DNA of 64,000 nucleotides from the human T2T-CHM13v2.0 reference genome, Homo sapiens: NCBI GenBank assembly GCA_009914755.4, contig CP086569.2, positions 24,736,001 to 24,800,000 of the forward strand, read 5' to 3'. Shown piece by piece: positions 37,831 to 51,229 of this stretch (position 1 is its first letter; each line of letters starts with the position of its first letter). The notes under the pieces were generated by a model. It saw only the letters and a program-made list of their open reading frames with translations, ran no database searches and was not told where the DNA came from. The position numbers and the translations under genes were made by a program.

Positions 37831-40800
37831 CAGAAATGAGAATATAAAATATACAATATAGTTATTTGTTTTTTACTTAGTGACACACCTGTCAATACAT
37901 GAAGATCTGTTTATTTCTGTTCTGTGCTACATAACTTGGCATTCAATGTACTCTAATTTATGCAGTCCACATCTAAGATGGATTGATGTGTAAGTTGTGT
38001 TCAGTTTTATAAGATAGAGAAGATTTCTAGTTCTCACAGGGATTTTAAATACACCGCCTAATTGACTTTATCTCATAATAAAATGAATATAAATTAATCA
38101 TCACTATGTAATGAGGAAAAAAGCAGATATTTATGTGAAGATTATAGTTTTTAGGTTTGAGAACAATAACTTGTATGCAGTGCTCAGTTTGAACTGAGAA
38201 AACTCTAATGTCCTATTTATATAAATTTCTGATGACATTGTATTGAATACACTTATTTTAAGTACAAAAGTTTTTCAATCAGTTAACACACAATGATTAA
38301 AGTTAAGTCTGTGTTAGCACTTGGAAATTTAATATTATACCACCTTATATGACTTTTTCAAATAAAACTGTTACAGAAGCAATGCCATTAAAAATGCAGA
38401 ATTAAGATATCTCTAGTTAATGGTGCATATATTGGATCATGTTTCTGATGATATAAAAATTTAAGGTACCATTTGAAGAGTGCTGTGTTAGCCTGATAAA
38501 GTGAATTTCCCAGCCTGATTAGAAGAACTATGGACAGAGTCATCATTTTTGTAGCATAAGCATAGTTCTTCTTCTCTGAGGTTGTGAAACACTCAGATAG
38601 TAGGAATATTTGCCCCCGATCAGACCCTGCCCACAAAAATGACTTGTGGGACTCAAAGAGGCTGGTGTGACTAGTCACATAAATTGTGTGATCTAGCAAC
38701 TATACATAATCTTAGTGGTTAGAAACAGTAGCTCTACAATTAGAAACACATGTGATGATGTAGACAATGATGGTTCAAAGATGAGTAACAAAGGTGTGAG
38801 TTAAATTTTAATTATTTATTTGTTTTTAATATTCTGATACCAGGTACTGTTTTTCTTCCTGAGATTACTGTACTTTCATGAGATTTTGTAAGGACTGCAT
38901 TTTGACAATATGGCTAGAATGTCTGAGATACTATGAATGGCATATTTTTCATGCTCACTATCTAATAACTTGAAAGTTTACTTGATAATTTTTATTATTT
39001 TTTGTTTGTTTTCAAAGTATAATTGATACAATCATATTTGTATGACATGGTAAACGCAATTCAGAATTTTAAGAATAAAAAAATATTTATTTTAATAAGT
39101 ATATTCTCATCTTGTATTTGAAGTATGCTATTTAATTTTTAACTTTAATTTTATCTGTGTTATATAAGTTGTGTTTATTTTTAGGATTTTCTGTATATTT
39201 TCCTCAAATTAGCTATTTTTCTGCTTAAGAAAAAAATCGTTTTTCAGATAATGCTACATGGACCTGTTATCAACATTATTTCACAATTACAATAAGGCTA
39301 CTAAAGGTATAAAAGCACCTGGTTGAAAATAAAAAGTATTCGGTTGATCATAAGGCAGCAAAAAGTTAGGCTTTAGTGGCAGATCACATATTTAAGATGC
39401 AGCTATTAAGTAAGTTAATACAGGAAACCTGAATTTTGGAAATGTTTACACTCAAACTGTTTACCATTCCTTTACTTTTTTCGCATAGATATTGATAGAA
39501 ACTAAAGAAAGAAATTAGAATATTTTAACTGTAGTAAACAGTTCCAAAATTTCTACATTTCTTTTCCTCAGTGGTCAGAAATAACTTTGCCTTCAAATAA
39601 CATCTTGGCACTTAAAGTTTACAGAGATTACAAAACACACACTTGCCTCTGCCTTTCTAGATATGACAGATCACACTATGCAGACATTACAACTTGGGTA
39701 ACATTCCTTTTAGTAGGATCTCATTATGGGATGTCCACTCTTACTTGGTTAACAGCCACTACTGGACAAAAAGATAGAATTTGGTTCTTGACCCTCTAGC
39801 TCGTTTTTCCTCTAGGGTTTGGAATTGAAAACTGATCGAGATGGCAAATTGTACTGGCAAGAAGCGAATGAAGTAGACAGAATATAGCATTCAAATTAAG
39901 TCCCCACCATTGTGCTTAGTTGCTTGTGCTTTATGTTGTCTCAGCCCTTTACTGTGGCATGCATGTCTGCCTAGCTACTTTTCTGTGCCATGAACTTCAT
40001 CAGGACATGAAGCAGATAATTTTTATTTCTCTGTCATAAACCTCAGATGCATACCAAAGCATAGAGAAACATGTTGCATATGTGTAAAACAGCTGTATTT
40101 TGTTCTGTAGCTACAAGGAAATTATGACCTTTGGAGCTTCTGTGTATGCTCTCGATCCTTCCACAACTACTCTTAAGGGCCATATTTATTGATTTGTAAT
40201 AATTCTCAATACATCACATAAATTATACCATGTAAATATCAAAAATGCATGATACTCACAAGAAGACACTGCATTCCAGGAGAAAAAAGTACTTAGTTCT
40301 TGTAAGTTATTTATGGCAGAGCACTGATTTCTTTCCAATCTTGTCGACTTGAGAAGATTGTAGTCTATTTTCTTACCTGTGAGGTATGTTATTATTTTAT
40401 TATTTCTACTGATAACTTTTCTGTATACTCTTTATGATGGTCCACCTGTGAAATAAACACTAACGCTAAACATTAAACACAGTAAGTTCTTTGAAAATAC
40501 TACAAAAATTGCGAATCATTTCATTAACTCAGTTTTGGTATATATTTCATTCAACTACTTTCACAATACTTTTAAAGATACTGCCTTTTGGCTTCTAGAG
40601 TAAGGCTCATCCTCACGATGATGTATTTAAGTATTATCATAAATGTGAAGACAAACTAGCATTAAACAAGACAGAAGATAGTAAAGAGTACAATATTGGT
40701 GTCCTAAGACAGCTTCAGGTCAATCTTTTGATTTAGCTGCTTTCTGACTACAATTCTACGTACCCAAAAGTTTTTGGAAACAGTTCAGGTAAATTATGGG

Positions 40801-41224
40801 TGAGTTATCATTTAATTTTGATGAAATCAACTCTACATAAACTGAAATTTTTAAATATATCTTAAAATCCATAATGCATTTGATGTTAAATATTTAAACA
40901 AAAGTAATATTATAGCTGTCTTTCTTGGTCACTTCTACTAGTATTATCCCCATAGAAAGAGACAAAAATTGTCACAGCAAAGACAGGCCATGTATTCTTT
41001 CATCACTTAAAATATAATTAAATTCTTATTATAATAAGATTTCTACTCTATATATAAACTAAACATTAAAATGTAGCCATTTCCTTGATCTAACAGTTGT
41101 CTAATGAAGTAAATCTCAATTATATAATTTTATCTCTATAAGTGTTAGAACACATCTGTAAAGATTTTCCTTAAAAAGTTGACCATGGTGCTGTCATCAC
41201 ACATAATAAAAATTATTTCATAAG

Positions 41225-41335
41225 CTTGGGCAACATGGCAAAAACCAGTCTCCACAAAAAATACAAAAATTACTCAGGTGTGGTGGTTTGAGCCTGTAGT
41301 ATCAGCTACTTGGGAAGGTAAAATGCCATTTCATT
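41225..41335 (+). mobile_element. Partial old Alu/FLAM-like fragment
   Basis: gcttgggcaacatggcaaaaaccagtctccacaaaaaatacaaaaattactcaggtgtggtggtttgagcctgtagtatcagctacttgggaagg. Confidence 0.65.
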
Positions 41336-41547
41336 CACTGACTTTCGGTGTATGCTTAAAGTTCCTTCATTACTCTTTTCAAATTAGATTAGTGCATCAA
41401 TGATGTCTTTTAGTTTCTAGAGTAATGTTTATCCATGAGATTATGTATATCAAAGATCAACATTACTCAACATCAAATAAACATTTTTTCTTATCAAATG
41501 AACGTTTTCATCACTGTCAAGATAGTACCCCTTTCTAGCCCTGCAAG

Positions 41548-41700
41548 AAAATATATATATATGATAAACTTATATGTACATATATAATGTGTAACTTTAT
41601 ATAATACATATGTGTATGTGTATATATATGCATATATGTGTGTGCGTATCTATATATATATTTGCAAATATATATATACAACATATATAAATGCAAGCTT
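41548..41700. repeat. (TA)n/(TG)n compound microsatellite
   Basis: Direct reading. Confidence 0.9.
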
Positions 41701-41890
41701 GTGCCAGGCACGTTCCTTCGCACTGGTAGTCTTAACATTTTGGGAAGCCAAGGCAGCCAGATTACTTGATTTCAGGAGATCAAAACCAGCCTGAGTAACG
41801 TGGTGATATATCATCTCTATTAAGATGCAAAAAGCTAGCTAGGTGAGTGTAATTGTCTGCACCTGTAGTCCCTGCTACCTGGGACAGCTT
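41700..41890 (+). mobile_element. Partial old Alu (left arm, FLAM/AluJ-like)
   Basis: ttttgggaagccaaggcagccagattacttgatttcaggagatcaaaaccagcctgagtaacgtggtga...gctagctaggtgagtgtaattgtctgcacctgtagtccctgctacctggga. Confidence 0.65.
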
Positions 41891-43463
41891 GTTTTAGAAA
41901 CTAGAAAGAGCTATATGTTACAGTATACAGTAAAAAGTTGTGTGACAGTGTTTTATTGTCATGCATGCCACAAATTAGACCTGTTTATTGTTCTTTCAGG
42001 AAGGTAATTCATAGATATCTCAGAGGTAGAAAGAAAAAGGGATCTTCTGATTTCTGGGCTTCCTTCTGTTTCACTCACAGCAGCTCCCTTCTCTGTATTA
42101 GCATATCACTTAGATTTCTTTTAAATGTCTGCAGTGCACCTGTAATGCACTGACTCCCCATTGTATCTCTCAGTTTGAGGTTCTAGATTCCGTAGCTAAA
42201 CTGTAAACTTAGGGTTGTAAGTGTAATTTGCATACGTAATTCTTATTGAACTATTTCGGTTCTATAGCCTCACGTGTGACCAACACTCCCTTTTTCTTGC
42301 ATCAACAAGTTATTTTCATTTATTTGATCTACTCAAGACATTTTTTTTCTGAAATCTAGTCAACATTTCTGTTCTTTTTCATTCAAATTACTATAACACT
42401 ATGAGTTTCTGTCTTCAAAACTTTTACTCAATAATTTATGTGTGCATGCATCTATGTGTGATTGTTTGCAAACAATTGGCACACGGGACCTGTTTTGTGA
42501 AAGACAATTTTCTATTATCTTCACTGGAAAACCAAACCAAACAAAACCAAACAAAAACATGAAGAATATATATTTATAATTTATTTCTTTAAAATATCTT
42601 TAGGTACAAATATGAAAAATATTTTAACACTTTAAATGTGGACATTAACAGTCATCAAAATCTTCTTGAATCTTTGGTATAGTATATCCAATGGAAGGGG
42701 AAAATCCACATTGTTGTAAAATGGGATAAAATGTATGTTTTTTTCAGTTTTGAAAAAAAAAAAGATCTCATTCAACAAAACCAGAAGACATTAGAGTTGT
42801 TTGTGCTCATCCACAAAATTAACTTCTGGTTTCTCTTTACTGTTTTAGTGGTATCAGACAGGTAGTTAAGATGATAACTTGTTTAAAGGAAAATAATATT
42901 GACAAAATACAGTGACTGACTTGAGGAAAAATGATTGTTATTAAATGAATAATTTTGGATGTAGACGATCTCACAGAGGGTTCTCATCTGTCCTCTATGA
43001 TAAATTGCAATTTAATGATTGAATATTGAAGAGTTGACAGAAGAAAATATTATTCTTTTTCTATTACAGATACCTCTTCATTTTATGCGGTTACAACAGA
43101 TGTTAACAACCACGAGTAGTTTCACAAACAGATTTCATTCTTTAGGCCTAACCAGCCCATTTTACCTCTTTGGAACTTGTTTGGGAGATGGAATGAAGAA
43201 CTATCTTGGGAGACGTAAGCTAAATAACATGGATGTCTTTCTTGGCCTTCATAACTTCTCACCTCCAAGCTGTCTGCATTGCTGTGAACTTAGCTGTCAT
43301 TTAGATTGTGGTTCATTTGTAACATCATATTGCCTGCTCTTCACATCTCTGAGAAATGAAACAATTTATTTCACCCTTTCACTCTTAATGCAAACCTCTT
43401 AAAATAACTATATATAGGTCTTAATGTTGTATTTTATTTTATTTACTCATTTTTTATTTATTT

Positions 43464-43757
43464 TTGAGATAGAGTCTCACTCTGTCACCCAGGCTGGAGT
43501 GCCGTGGCCCGGTCTATGCTCACTGCAACTCCAACTTCCAGGTTCACGCCATTCTCCTGCCTCAGCCTCCAGAGTAGCTGGGACTACAGGCGCCAGCCAC
43601 CACGCCTGGCTAATTTTTTAGTATTTTTAATAGAGACAGGGTTGAACCGTGTTAGCCAGGATGGTTGGGATTTCCTGACTTCGTGATCTGCCCATCTCGG
43701 CCTCCCAACGTGTTGAGATTACAGGCGTGGGATTACAGGTCACCGCGCTCGGCCAGG
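43464..43757 (-). mobile_element. Alu element (minus orientation)
   Basis: tttttgagatagagtctcactctgtcacccaggctggagtgccgtgg ... ggcctcccaacgtgttgagattacaggcgtg...caccgcgctcggccagg. Confidence 0.9.
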
Positions 43758-43765
43758 TCCTAAAC

Positions 43766-44040
43766 GTTTTTTTTATAAGACAGTGAGACCGGCCTGGCCA
43801 AAAGGGTGAAACTCCACCTCTGCTAAAAATATGAAAATTAGCCAGGCGTCGTGGCATATGCCTGTAAAATTAGATACTGGGGAGGCTGAGACAGGTGAAT
43901 TTCTTGAATCTGGGAGGCATATGTTACAGTGAGCGGAGATCCTGCCATTGCACCGCAGCCTAGGGGAAGAGAGCAAAACCCTATCATCTCAAAAAAAAAA
44001 AAAAAAAAAAAAAAAAGAAAGAAAGAAAGAAAAGAAAAAA
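43766..44040 (+). mobile_element. Alu element, 5'-truncated, plus orientation, with a long A-rich (GAAA)n tail
   Basis: gacagtgagaccggcctggccaaaagggtgaaactccacctctgctaaaaatatgaaaattagccaggcgtcgtggc ... gcagcctaggggaagagagcaaaaccctatcatctcaaaaaaaaaaaaaaaaaaaaaaaaagaaagaaagaaag. Confidence 0.88.
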
Positions 44041-45309
44041 AACTGTGAGAATTAAACACATTAGTGTCTGTGTGTCTCTTAGTGTATTACCTCTTCTTTA
44101 AGTGCTATAAATATCAGCTGCTATTATTGCTTATCATGTATCTTCAATTTACTCACACCAAATTCTGCTTCATAGCATAAAAGAAAACAGAACAGTAACA
44201 GTCAGATAGTAGTGGCTATATGGAACCACAAAAGCATCAGTGTCTGTGTCAGTAATCTTTTGTAATTTATGACAAATAAGTGACCTTTTACACCTACAGA
44301 TTCTGCAAACATAGATTTCTTAAAACCTAAACTGTACTCAGTGTAACAATTTAGATTTGCTTCTTATGATAAGTAATTTGTGTTTGGCTTGTAGGAGTTT
44401 TTACAAGGTATCGAATGTGTTTAATCTATTTCTTCAGTCTTCTTGTTCTTTCTTTATGAAATCATTAGATCTAATTTATATGAATGTGTTGCCTTTTTGG
44501 TTTAGTTATTTCAAGGTAAAATATTTAAGATATCTTTACCTTAGAATATTGGTTTTTAATATATGGAAATATGGAAGAGCATTTATGTATTATATTAATT
44601 ATTACTTTTTACTTAAGCAGTTTGAAATACGAGTCAGTGAAGTAATCACTAAGATTTGGCTTAACTAACAAATATTTTATTAACAGCTTGAAAATACAAA
44701 TGTTTTTGACTATATATATAATTTTTTTTGAACAGTAGAATTATTTTCTGCATGAAGGAAAAGAATTTTCTATGATTAGCATACAAATTGCCTCTATATT
44801 CATCATTACCACAGGATGTTACACCAAAAAATGTTTGTGTTCCTGCCAGTGACTGGTACATGGCTTTGGATTTCACTCATAATGTAATTATAATTGGTTT
44901 GATTGTCTATTATGCCACTTTATATTTCCTAACAGTAAAATTATTATTTCAATTTTTAAATACACGAAAAACATTTTTGCGGTAATTGTGTGAGAATTCT
45001 TGGTAAACATAAAATTCTCTAATCTAAATATGCATTTTTTAATTAAAAATTATCTCTGTCTTCAAAAAATTTGTATCATAGCTTATTCTACTTTATCATT
45101 CAGTATTAAGCTTTATCTATTCTAAACAAAATCTTTACTTATAATTTAAAAAGTGGATCAGGTTTTACATCAGATTTTGTTTCTCATGTTGATAATTCCA
45201 ATAATTTGGAAGGGCAAGGAAAAAAGGACAATTGAGGCCAGGAATTTGGAACAGAGTTTGGCAAAATCCTGAAACACCATCTTTATAAAAAGTTTTTTAA
45301 AATGAGAAG

Positions 45310-45615
45310 ATGTGGTGGCTTAACACTGGTAATCTTGTCACTTAATGAGGCCAAGATGGGTGGATCACTTTAGGCCTAGGATTTGAGGCCAGCCTGAGTA
45401 ACACTGCAAGATTCTGACTCTAAGAAAAAATTAAAATAAATATATAAATTAAATAATTAGCTGAGCCTACTGGCCTTTTCTTCTAGATGTAGCTAATTGG
45501 GAGGCTGAGGAAGCAGGACGACATAAGTCCAGGAGTTGGAAGCTGCAGTTAGTGACGATGGCACCACTGTATTCATTCCAGCTGGAGCACTAGAAAATTG
45601 TCTCTTAAAAAAAGT
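45310..45615 (+). mobile_element. Old diverged Alu (AluJ/FLAM-like)
   Basis: atgtggtggcttaacactggtaatcttgtcacttaatgaggccaagatgggtggatcactttaggcctaggatttgaggccagcctgagtaacactgcaagattctgactctaag ... gggaggctgaggaagcaggacgacataagtccaggagttggaagctgcagttagtgacgatggcaccactgtattcattccagctggag. Confidence 0.7.
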
Positions 45616-45829
45616 AAAATGGCTTTAGTCTTAAGTTAGTACAAATTATACAAGTATAGAGTACATTATAATAACTTGACTTCACAACTCTTTCTGCCTT
45701 GTTTTTATTAAAAGATGTTAATAAAATGTTGCTGAACTAAAAAGTGTTTGATATACATTTTCAGAGACCTACGTATACTTGCATTTTATTTACTTCTTGA
45801 CTTGACTGTGAAACTGAAGTTTCAGAGCT

Positions 45830-46950
45830 TTATTAGTCAATATGACATTTGTACTATATTTGTACATTTTCATGCACTTATAAAGACATACGCTAGACTG
45901 GGCAATTTATAAAAGGAAGAGCAGTTTATGGACTTAGAGATTTATGTATCTGCCAAGGCAAAGAGGAGCAAGTCACATCTTATATGATGGCAGCAAGCAA
46001 AGAGAGAGCTTGTTCAGGGAAACACTGATGTTTAAAGCCATCAGATCTGATGAGACTTATTCACTGTCACAAGATCAGAACAAAAAAACACCTGCCCCCA
46101 CAATATGGTTACTCCCTATCTCATCCCCCTCCACCACATGTAAAAATGTAAGATAAAATTTCGATGGGGACATAGTCAAATCATATCATTCCAACCCTGG
46201 CCCCTCCAAAATCTCAAATCCTCACATTTCAAAACCAGTCATGCTTTTCCAATAGTACTGCAATGTCTTAACTCATTCAAGCATGAACTCAATAGTCCAA
46301 AGTCTGAGATTTTATCTGAGACAAGGCAAGTTTTTTTCTGCCTATGAACCTGCAAAAATTAAAGCAAGTTAGTTACATCCTAGATACAATGAGGGTACTG
46401 GCATTGGGAAAATACAGGCATTCCAAATATGAGAAACTGACCAGAATAAAGGGATTACAGGCCCTAAGTACATCTGAAATCTGATGAGGCACTAAAAATT
46501 TAAGGCTCCAGGATGATCTTCTTTAACCTAATGTCTCATATCCAGGTCATGCTGATGCAAGAGGTGGGTTTCTATGGTCTTGAGCAGATCCCCCCATGAG
46601 GCTTTATGGGGTACAGCCTTCCTCCCAACTGCTTTCACCATCTGGCATTGAGTATCTATGGGCTTTTCTGGGCACACCATCAAGCTGTCAATGGACTAAC
46701 CATTCTGAAGTCTGGAGGATGAAAACCCTCATTTCCCATCCCCACGATCATCATCTATGTCACTACCTGTGTTTTCAATGGTAGAAATGCTGTTGCCGAT
46801 GACAGGGATCAGGTATAGCTGCTGGATCACAGAATGTGTTTGATAAGTAGCTCCAGCGTCTTTGAGTCCCACAAATACTTTTGTTGGGTGGGGTCCAACA
46901 GGGGCAGATAGTCCCACTCAGTAAATGTTTCACAAGCTGAGATAAGAAGA
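45830..46950 (-). mobile_element. THE1/MST-type MaLR (ERVL-MaLR) element: LTR (about 45830-46190) plus internal sequence, minus orientation
   Basis: The reverse complement of the THE1 LTR consensus is recognisable: ...cttataaagacatacgctagactgggcaatttataaaagg ... ccatcagatctgatgagacttattcactgtcacaagatcag ... acaatatggttactccc ... gataaaatttcgatggggacatagtcaaatcatatca (compare tgatatggtttggctgtgtccccacccaaatctcatcttgaat... and ...gagactgggtaatttataaagg). About 750 bp of non-LTR internal-type sequence follows. Confidence 0.75.
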
Positions 46951-49199
46951 AAAAAAAAACGCTTTCTTTGAAAGAGTTATAGAAGATGGCGTAGTATTAA
47001 ATTTTCATGTGTTAAACACAGACTTAACTTTGATCATTATGAGTTTGCTCATTAAAAACTTTTGCACTTAAAATGATTGTATTCAATTCATTGCCATTAG
47101 AACTTTACATTAAAAAAATGAGAGTTTTCCCAGTTTTAATTGAGCACTTCCTTTAAGTTATTGTTCTGACTCATAAAGCTATAACTTTCATGTAAATATC
47201 TGCTTCTTTCCTCAGCAAATAATGATAATCACTTTGCCTGAACTCAGAATTTTGTTGTGAGATGAAGTCAACGAGATGGTGTGTTTAAAATTATGGTGGA
47301 AGTGTAAATTCTTCTTTATTTAGTGTAAAACTGAATACCACTTACACGTCAATCCATCTCAGTGGTGGACTGCATAAATTAGAGCACACTGAATTGCAAG
47401 TTATGCAGCTACAAACAAAATTAAATGGATCTTCATATACTGACAGACGTGTGACGAAGTACAAAACGAAGTTAACAATATAGTCTATTGTATATATTCA
47501 TTTGTGTAAAAAATAAATAAATAGCTATATATATGGATTACTGCAGGCACAGAGATAATCTCTGGAACAGGAATATAAAATTGGTGGTCAGTTAATAATT
47601 GTTAGTATATATCATCCTATATAGTGAAAATATATATAAACTATGTAAAACAGTTAGCTAAAGCATTTAACAACAGCAGTGTTTGTTTAAAAAAAACTCA
47701 TTTGCAAATATATATTTACCATGTCAATACAATCATTAAATAAATTAACAAAAAAAGTGTTTTTTAAAAGCAAGTTTTTCCCTCTACATAGATCTCACAA
47801 TGCAAATGAAGATTTGATCTTTTAAGCAGTGAGTTAGCTGGAAACTCCTACAATGTGTTAAAAAAATACTTACATGGAAATATATATATATATATATAAA
47901 ATTTCGTATTTACTAATTACAGGCCTATACTGAATATGTTTGTTAATTACATACTTAACACTTAGCTTAATCTTGAAATACACTAAGTTTTATGTTACTG
48001 TATGTTAATTTGCTTACATTACCTTCCACTTTGAGTTTCAGTTCTGTGTAAGTTTAAACATTGCTACCTTTTTGTGGAACTTATTTGGATATTTAGAAGT
48101 AATAAAGTGCACTCAAATGTTTCCTTCTAATATCATGATTTTCAAAACCATTCCTCTTTTAGAATTTAATTAAAATAACAAGCAACTTCAGTGCATACAT
48201 TTTAAATATAACATTTTATAGCATTAAGTTTGGCCCCTCGTTAATGTAACATTTCCATATTTTTTCACATATGATAAAAACAACTCATGTGTTAAGTTAC
48301 CAAAACCAGCTACAGGAAACCATTAAAGAAAGGCATCTTCTTCAAAAAAATTGTATTCTCTCACTAAAGTTCTTCTACTTACATACCTGATGACTACAAA
48401 ATGTTGGGCTAGTTGACCAAAAACAAACAAACAAAAAAAAGTGAGTTACTTCTTTTTCTAAATGAAAAAAATAGTATTTCAAACCAAAGTAAATGAATAT
48501 TAATGAATAAAATCAGATTTATAATTTAAACCACTCACTAGTTATTGCCTTGTCTGTGTCATATATTGCAGTCAAAGAGCCTACTCTCATTTTTAGATTT
48601 TTTTACGCAGTCAATAGCTGGCGCAACAAGTAGCTCAAACTAGGATTCATGGTAGTGGGTGACCTACCTCTTGGAAATGCCTGTTCTGCTGGCAGTTCTT
48701 ACTTCTTATACATTGCAGGTGAACTATTGATGCAGGGAAGAGGAAAACATAAATTAATTTTAGGAAGAGAAAGTAATCATAATATTATTTGTAGAAAACC
48801 TAAATTAAGAAAAACCTGTTTTCTCAAAGAAAATACCTTTAAGTTTATTTGATATAATTAAACATCTCATTGTATCTTCAAACAATTTTGAATTTTCTTA
48901 CCAAAAAAGATCCTTAAAAAACAAACATTTATGTCAAGAAATGTAGTTTCCAAAGTAATATTTTTAAAGAAATTTCTAAAACCCCAGAGTTTTACACAAA
49001 AGAAAAATGATATTCTAAATAAACTTTCTCTTTTAATTACATATAAATGGATACACATTCATTTCCAATGAAAAGAGAATGCATTAAAATTATATTATTT
49101 TTCTTGACTTATGAGACATATGAAGAAACTCATAAACGTATGATATAGAAAATAAAGTTTTGCAACATGGATAAGTTTCTCAATTAGAAATTCATTCAA

Positions 49200-49470
49200 C
49201 TGCCAGACATCCTGACTCACACCTATAATCCCAGGACTTTCAGATGATGAGGCAGGCAGATTACTTGACATCAGGAGTTTGGGACTAGCCTGGCCAACAT
49301 GGTTAAACCCCATCACCTGTGTTGGTGCACACGTGTAATCTCAGCTAATCAAATGGCTGAGGCAGATTAATCCCTTGAAGCTCGGAAGCAGGGGTTGCAG
49401 CATGTCAAGATTGCACCACTGCACTCCAGCTGAAGACACTGTGTAAGATTCTATCCTCAAAATGAAAGAA
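49200..49470 (+). mobile_element. Old diverged Alu
   Basis: gccagacatcctgactcacacctataatcccaggactttcagatgatgaggcaggcagattacttgacatcaggagtttgggactagcctggccaacatggttaaacccc ... cactgcactccagctgaagacactgtgtaagattctatcctcaaaatgaaag. Confidence 0.7.
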
Positions 49471-49679
49471 AAGAAATTCAATCAACTGAGAATTGAAATA
49501 TACTACTTATTTACTTTTTGGTGCAGTTTGTCAAAACTCTGATTTATAGTTATTTTATAAAATCTCTTAAATAAGATGTGGCACATATTCCAAAGTTACT
49601 ATAACTGCTACAAAAATGAAAGCCTTTTAATTTTAATTTAATTTAATTTAAATTTATATTAAGTTTCATGATATGTATG

Positions 49680-50095
49680 CAGGACATGCAGATTTATTTC
49701 ACAGGTAAACGTGTGCCATGGTTGTTCACTGAACCCATTACCCCATCACCTAGGTATTTATCTCTGCATAAATTAGCTATTTGTCCTGAAGGTGTTGTTT
49801 TCCCACTTTCTTTATCCAGTCTGTCACTCATAGGCATTTGGGTTAATTCCATGACTTTGAATTTGTGAATAGTGCTGTAATACACATACACAGGCATGCG
49901 TCCTTGTAATAGAATGACTAATTTTGCAGGTGCTATACACCCAGTAATGAAATTGCTGAATCCAGTGGGATTGGGATTCTGAAAGACTAAAAGTGTGAAT
50001 CACCACACACTTTTCCACATTGTCTGTACTGATTTACATTCCAAAGAACAATGTAAAAACATTCCTATGACTGCACTAGCTCACTACCATCAGTT
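49680..50095 (-). mobile_element. Old LINE-1 3'-end fragment (ORF2 end / 3'UTR region), minus orientation
   Basis: Colinear with the antisense L1 3' region: ...ctttatccagtctgtcactcataggcatttgggttaattccatgactttgaatttgtgaatagtgctgtaatacacatacacaggcatgcgtc...atacacccagtaatgaaattgctgaatccagtgggat... (compare the L1 antisense ...ttaatccagtctatcattgttggacatttgggttggttccaagtctttgctattgtgaatagtgccgcaataaacatacgtgtgcatgtgtc...tatacccagtaatgggatggctgggtcaaatgg). Confidence 0.75.
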
Positions 50096-51229
50096 TTTTC
50101 ATGGGTATTAACTTATACGATAAAGATAGCCATCAATTTTGTTTCCACAAGACACAAACATATTTGGGCATTTCTTCCATGGGGAAAAAAAAAAGGCATT
50201 TACAATTGCACTTAATGGAAGAGGCCCAAAATGCTGCTCATCATCCTGCAATGCACAGCAAAAGCTCCTCACATAAAGAAATTTTATGAGTACAAAATGT
50301 CAAAATCAGAAATTCTGTTTCATCAGAAAGCTTTATAACACAGTGGAAGAGTGCTAACCTGAAGCCCAATGCCATGGGTTACAGAAGTATATTCTCAGAG
50401 ACTAGATGTCTGTGCAAGTAAGAGGGATAGGATGTTTCAGTGGAAATACCAGTCTTTCAACTTTAATTTCCAAAAGATTTTGAAATATAATGATTTTCAA
50501 ATAAGGTTTAAACATTCCAAATTGTAGGAGACTGAATTTTAAGTAGTTCAAGATCCAACAGAAGAAAGGCATTTAAACGCAACTAGCTATGCTCCTTTTG
50601 TCATGAGATTTTGGGAGAGTCACCTTGCCAGTTGAAAACCTCTGCGGCCAGTGGTGCCTTTGCCTGCGTTTTCTCAGGCCTGCTAAGCTAGCTTTACCCA
50701 CTCTGCCTGACAGGCTGCACTCAGCTTGCATTATGGGCCAGGATTTAACACCTGCCAAGGGCAAACGTGAGGTAGAGTGGCAATGGTGTTTGAGCAAGTG
50801 TGGGGTCCAGCCGCTATAGACAGCCAGGCCTACCAGCTGTTGCAAAGCAAGAAATTTTAGGTACCAACAGAAGTACCATCTCACTGAGATGCAGCAGCTG
50901 GACCAGGCATACTGCAAGCAGCTTCCACAGCTGATACTGGGGAATGTAGTGGTGCCCAGAAGTTTCAGGATGCCAGAAACAGCAAAGCCCTAAAGAGGGT
51001 GTCACAGCCCTGGTTTTGAGATAGCCTAGCTGTCCTCTTACTTTTGTCTTTCACAACGTGATGAGCAAGAGACATTTTTTTCCCTGTTTGTGTTACAGTT
51101 CTTTCAGCACCACCATTCAGTGATTCTCAAATAATAGTTCTTTATCCAGGAAGAATGAGGTAGATGGACACGTGGAGAGTGAGACATTTATAGACAAGAT
51201 TTACTGAGGGACAGAACTCAAAAGAGATC

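Noticed and set aside
43019-43402. A 127-aa ORF in non-repeat sequence that could be a novel small protein.
   Set aside because: It has no recognisable domain and an AT-rich, codon-unbiased composition. It has no Kozak-like context or splice-site support that I can see, and length alone is insufficient in 64 kb of six-frame space.
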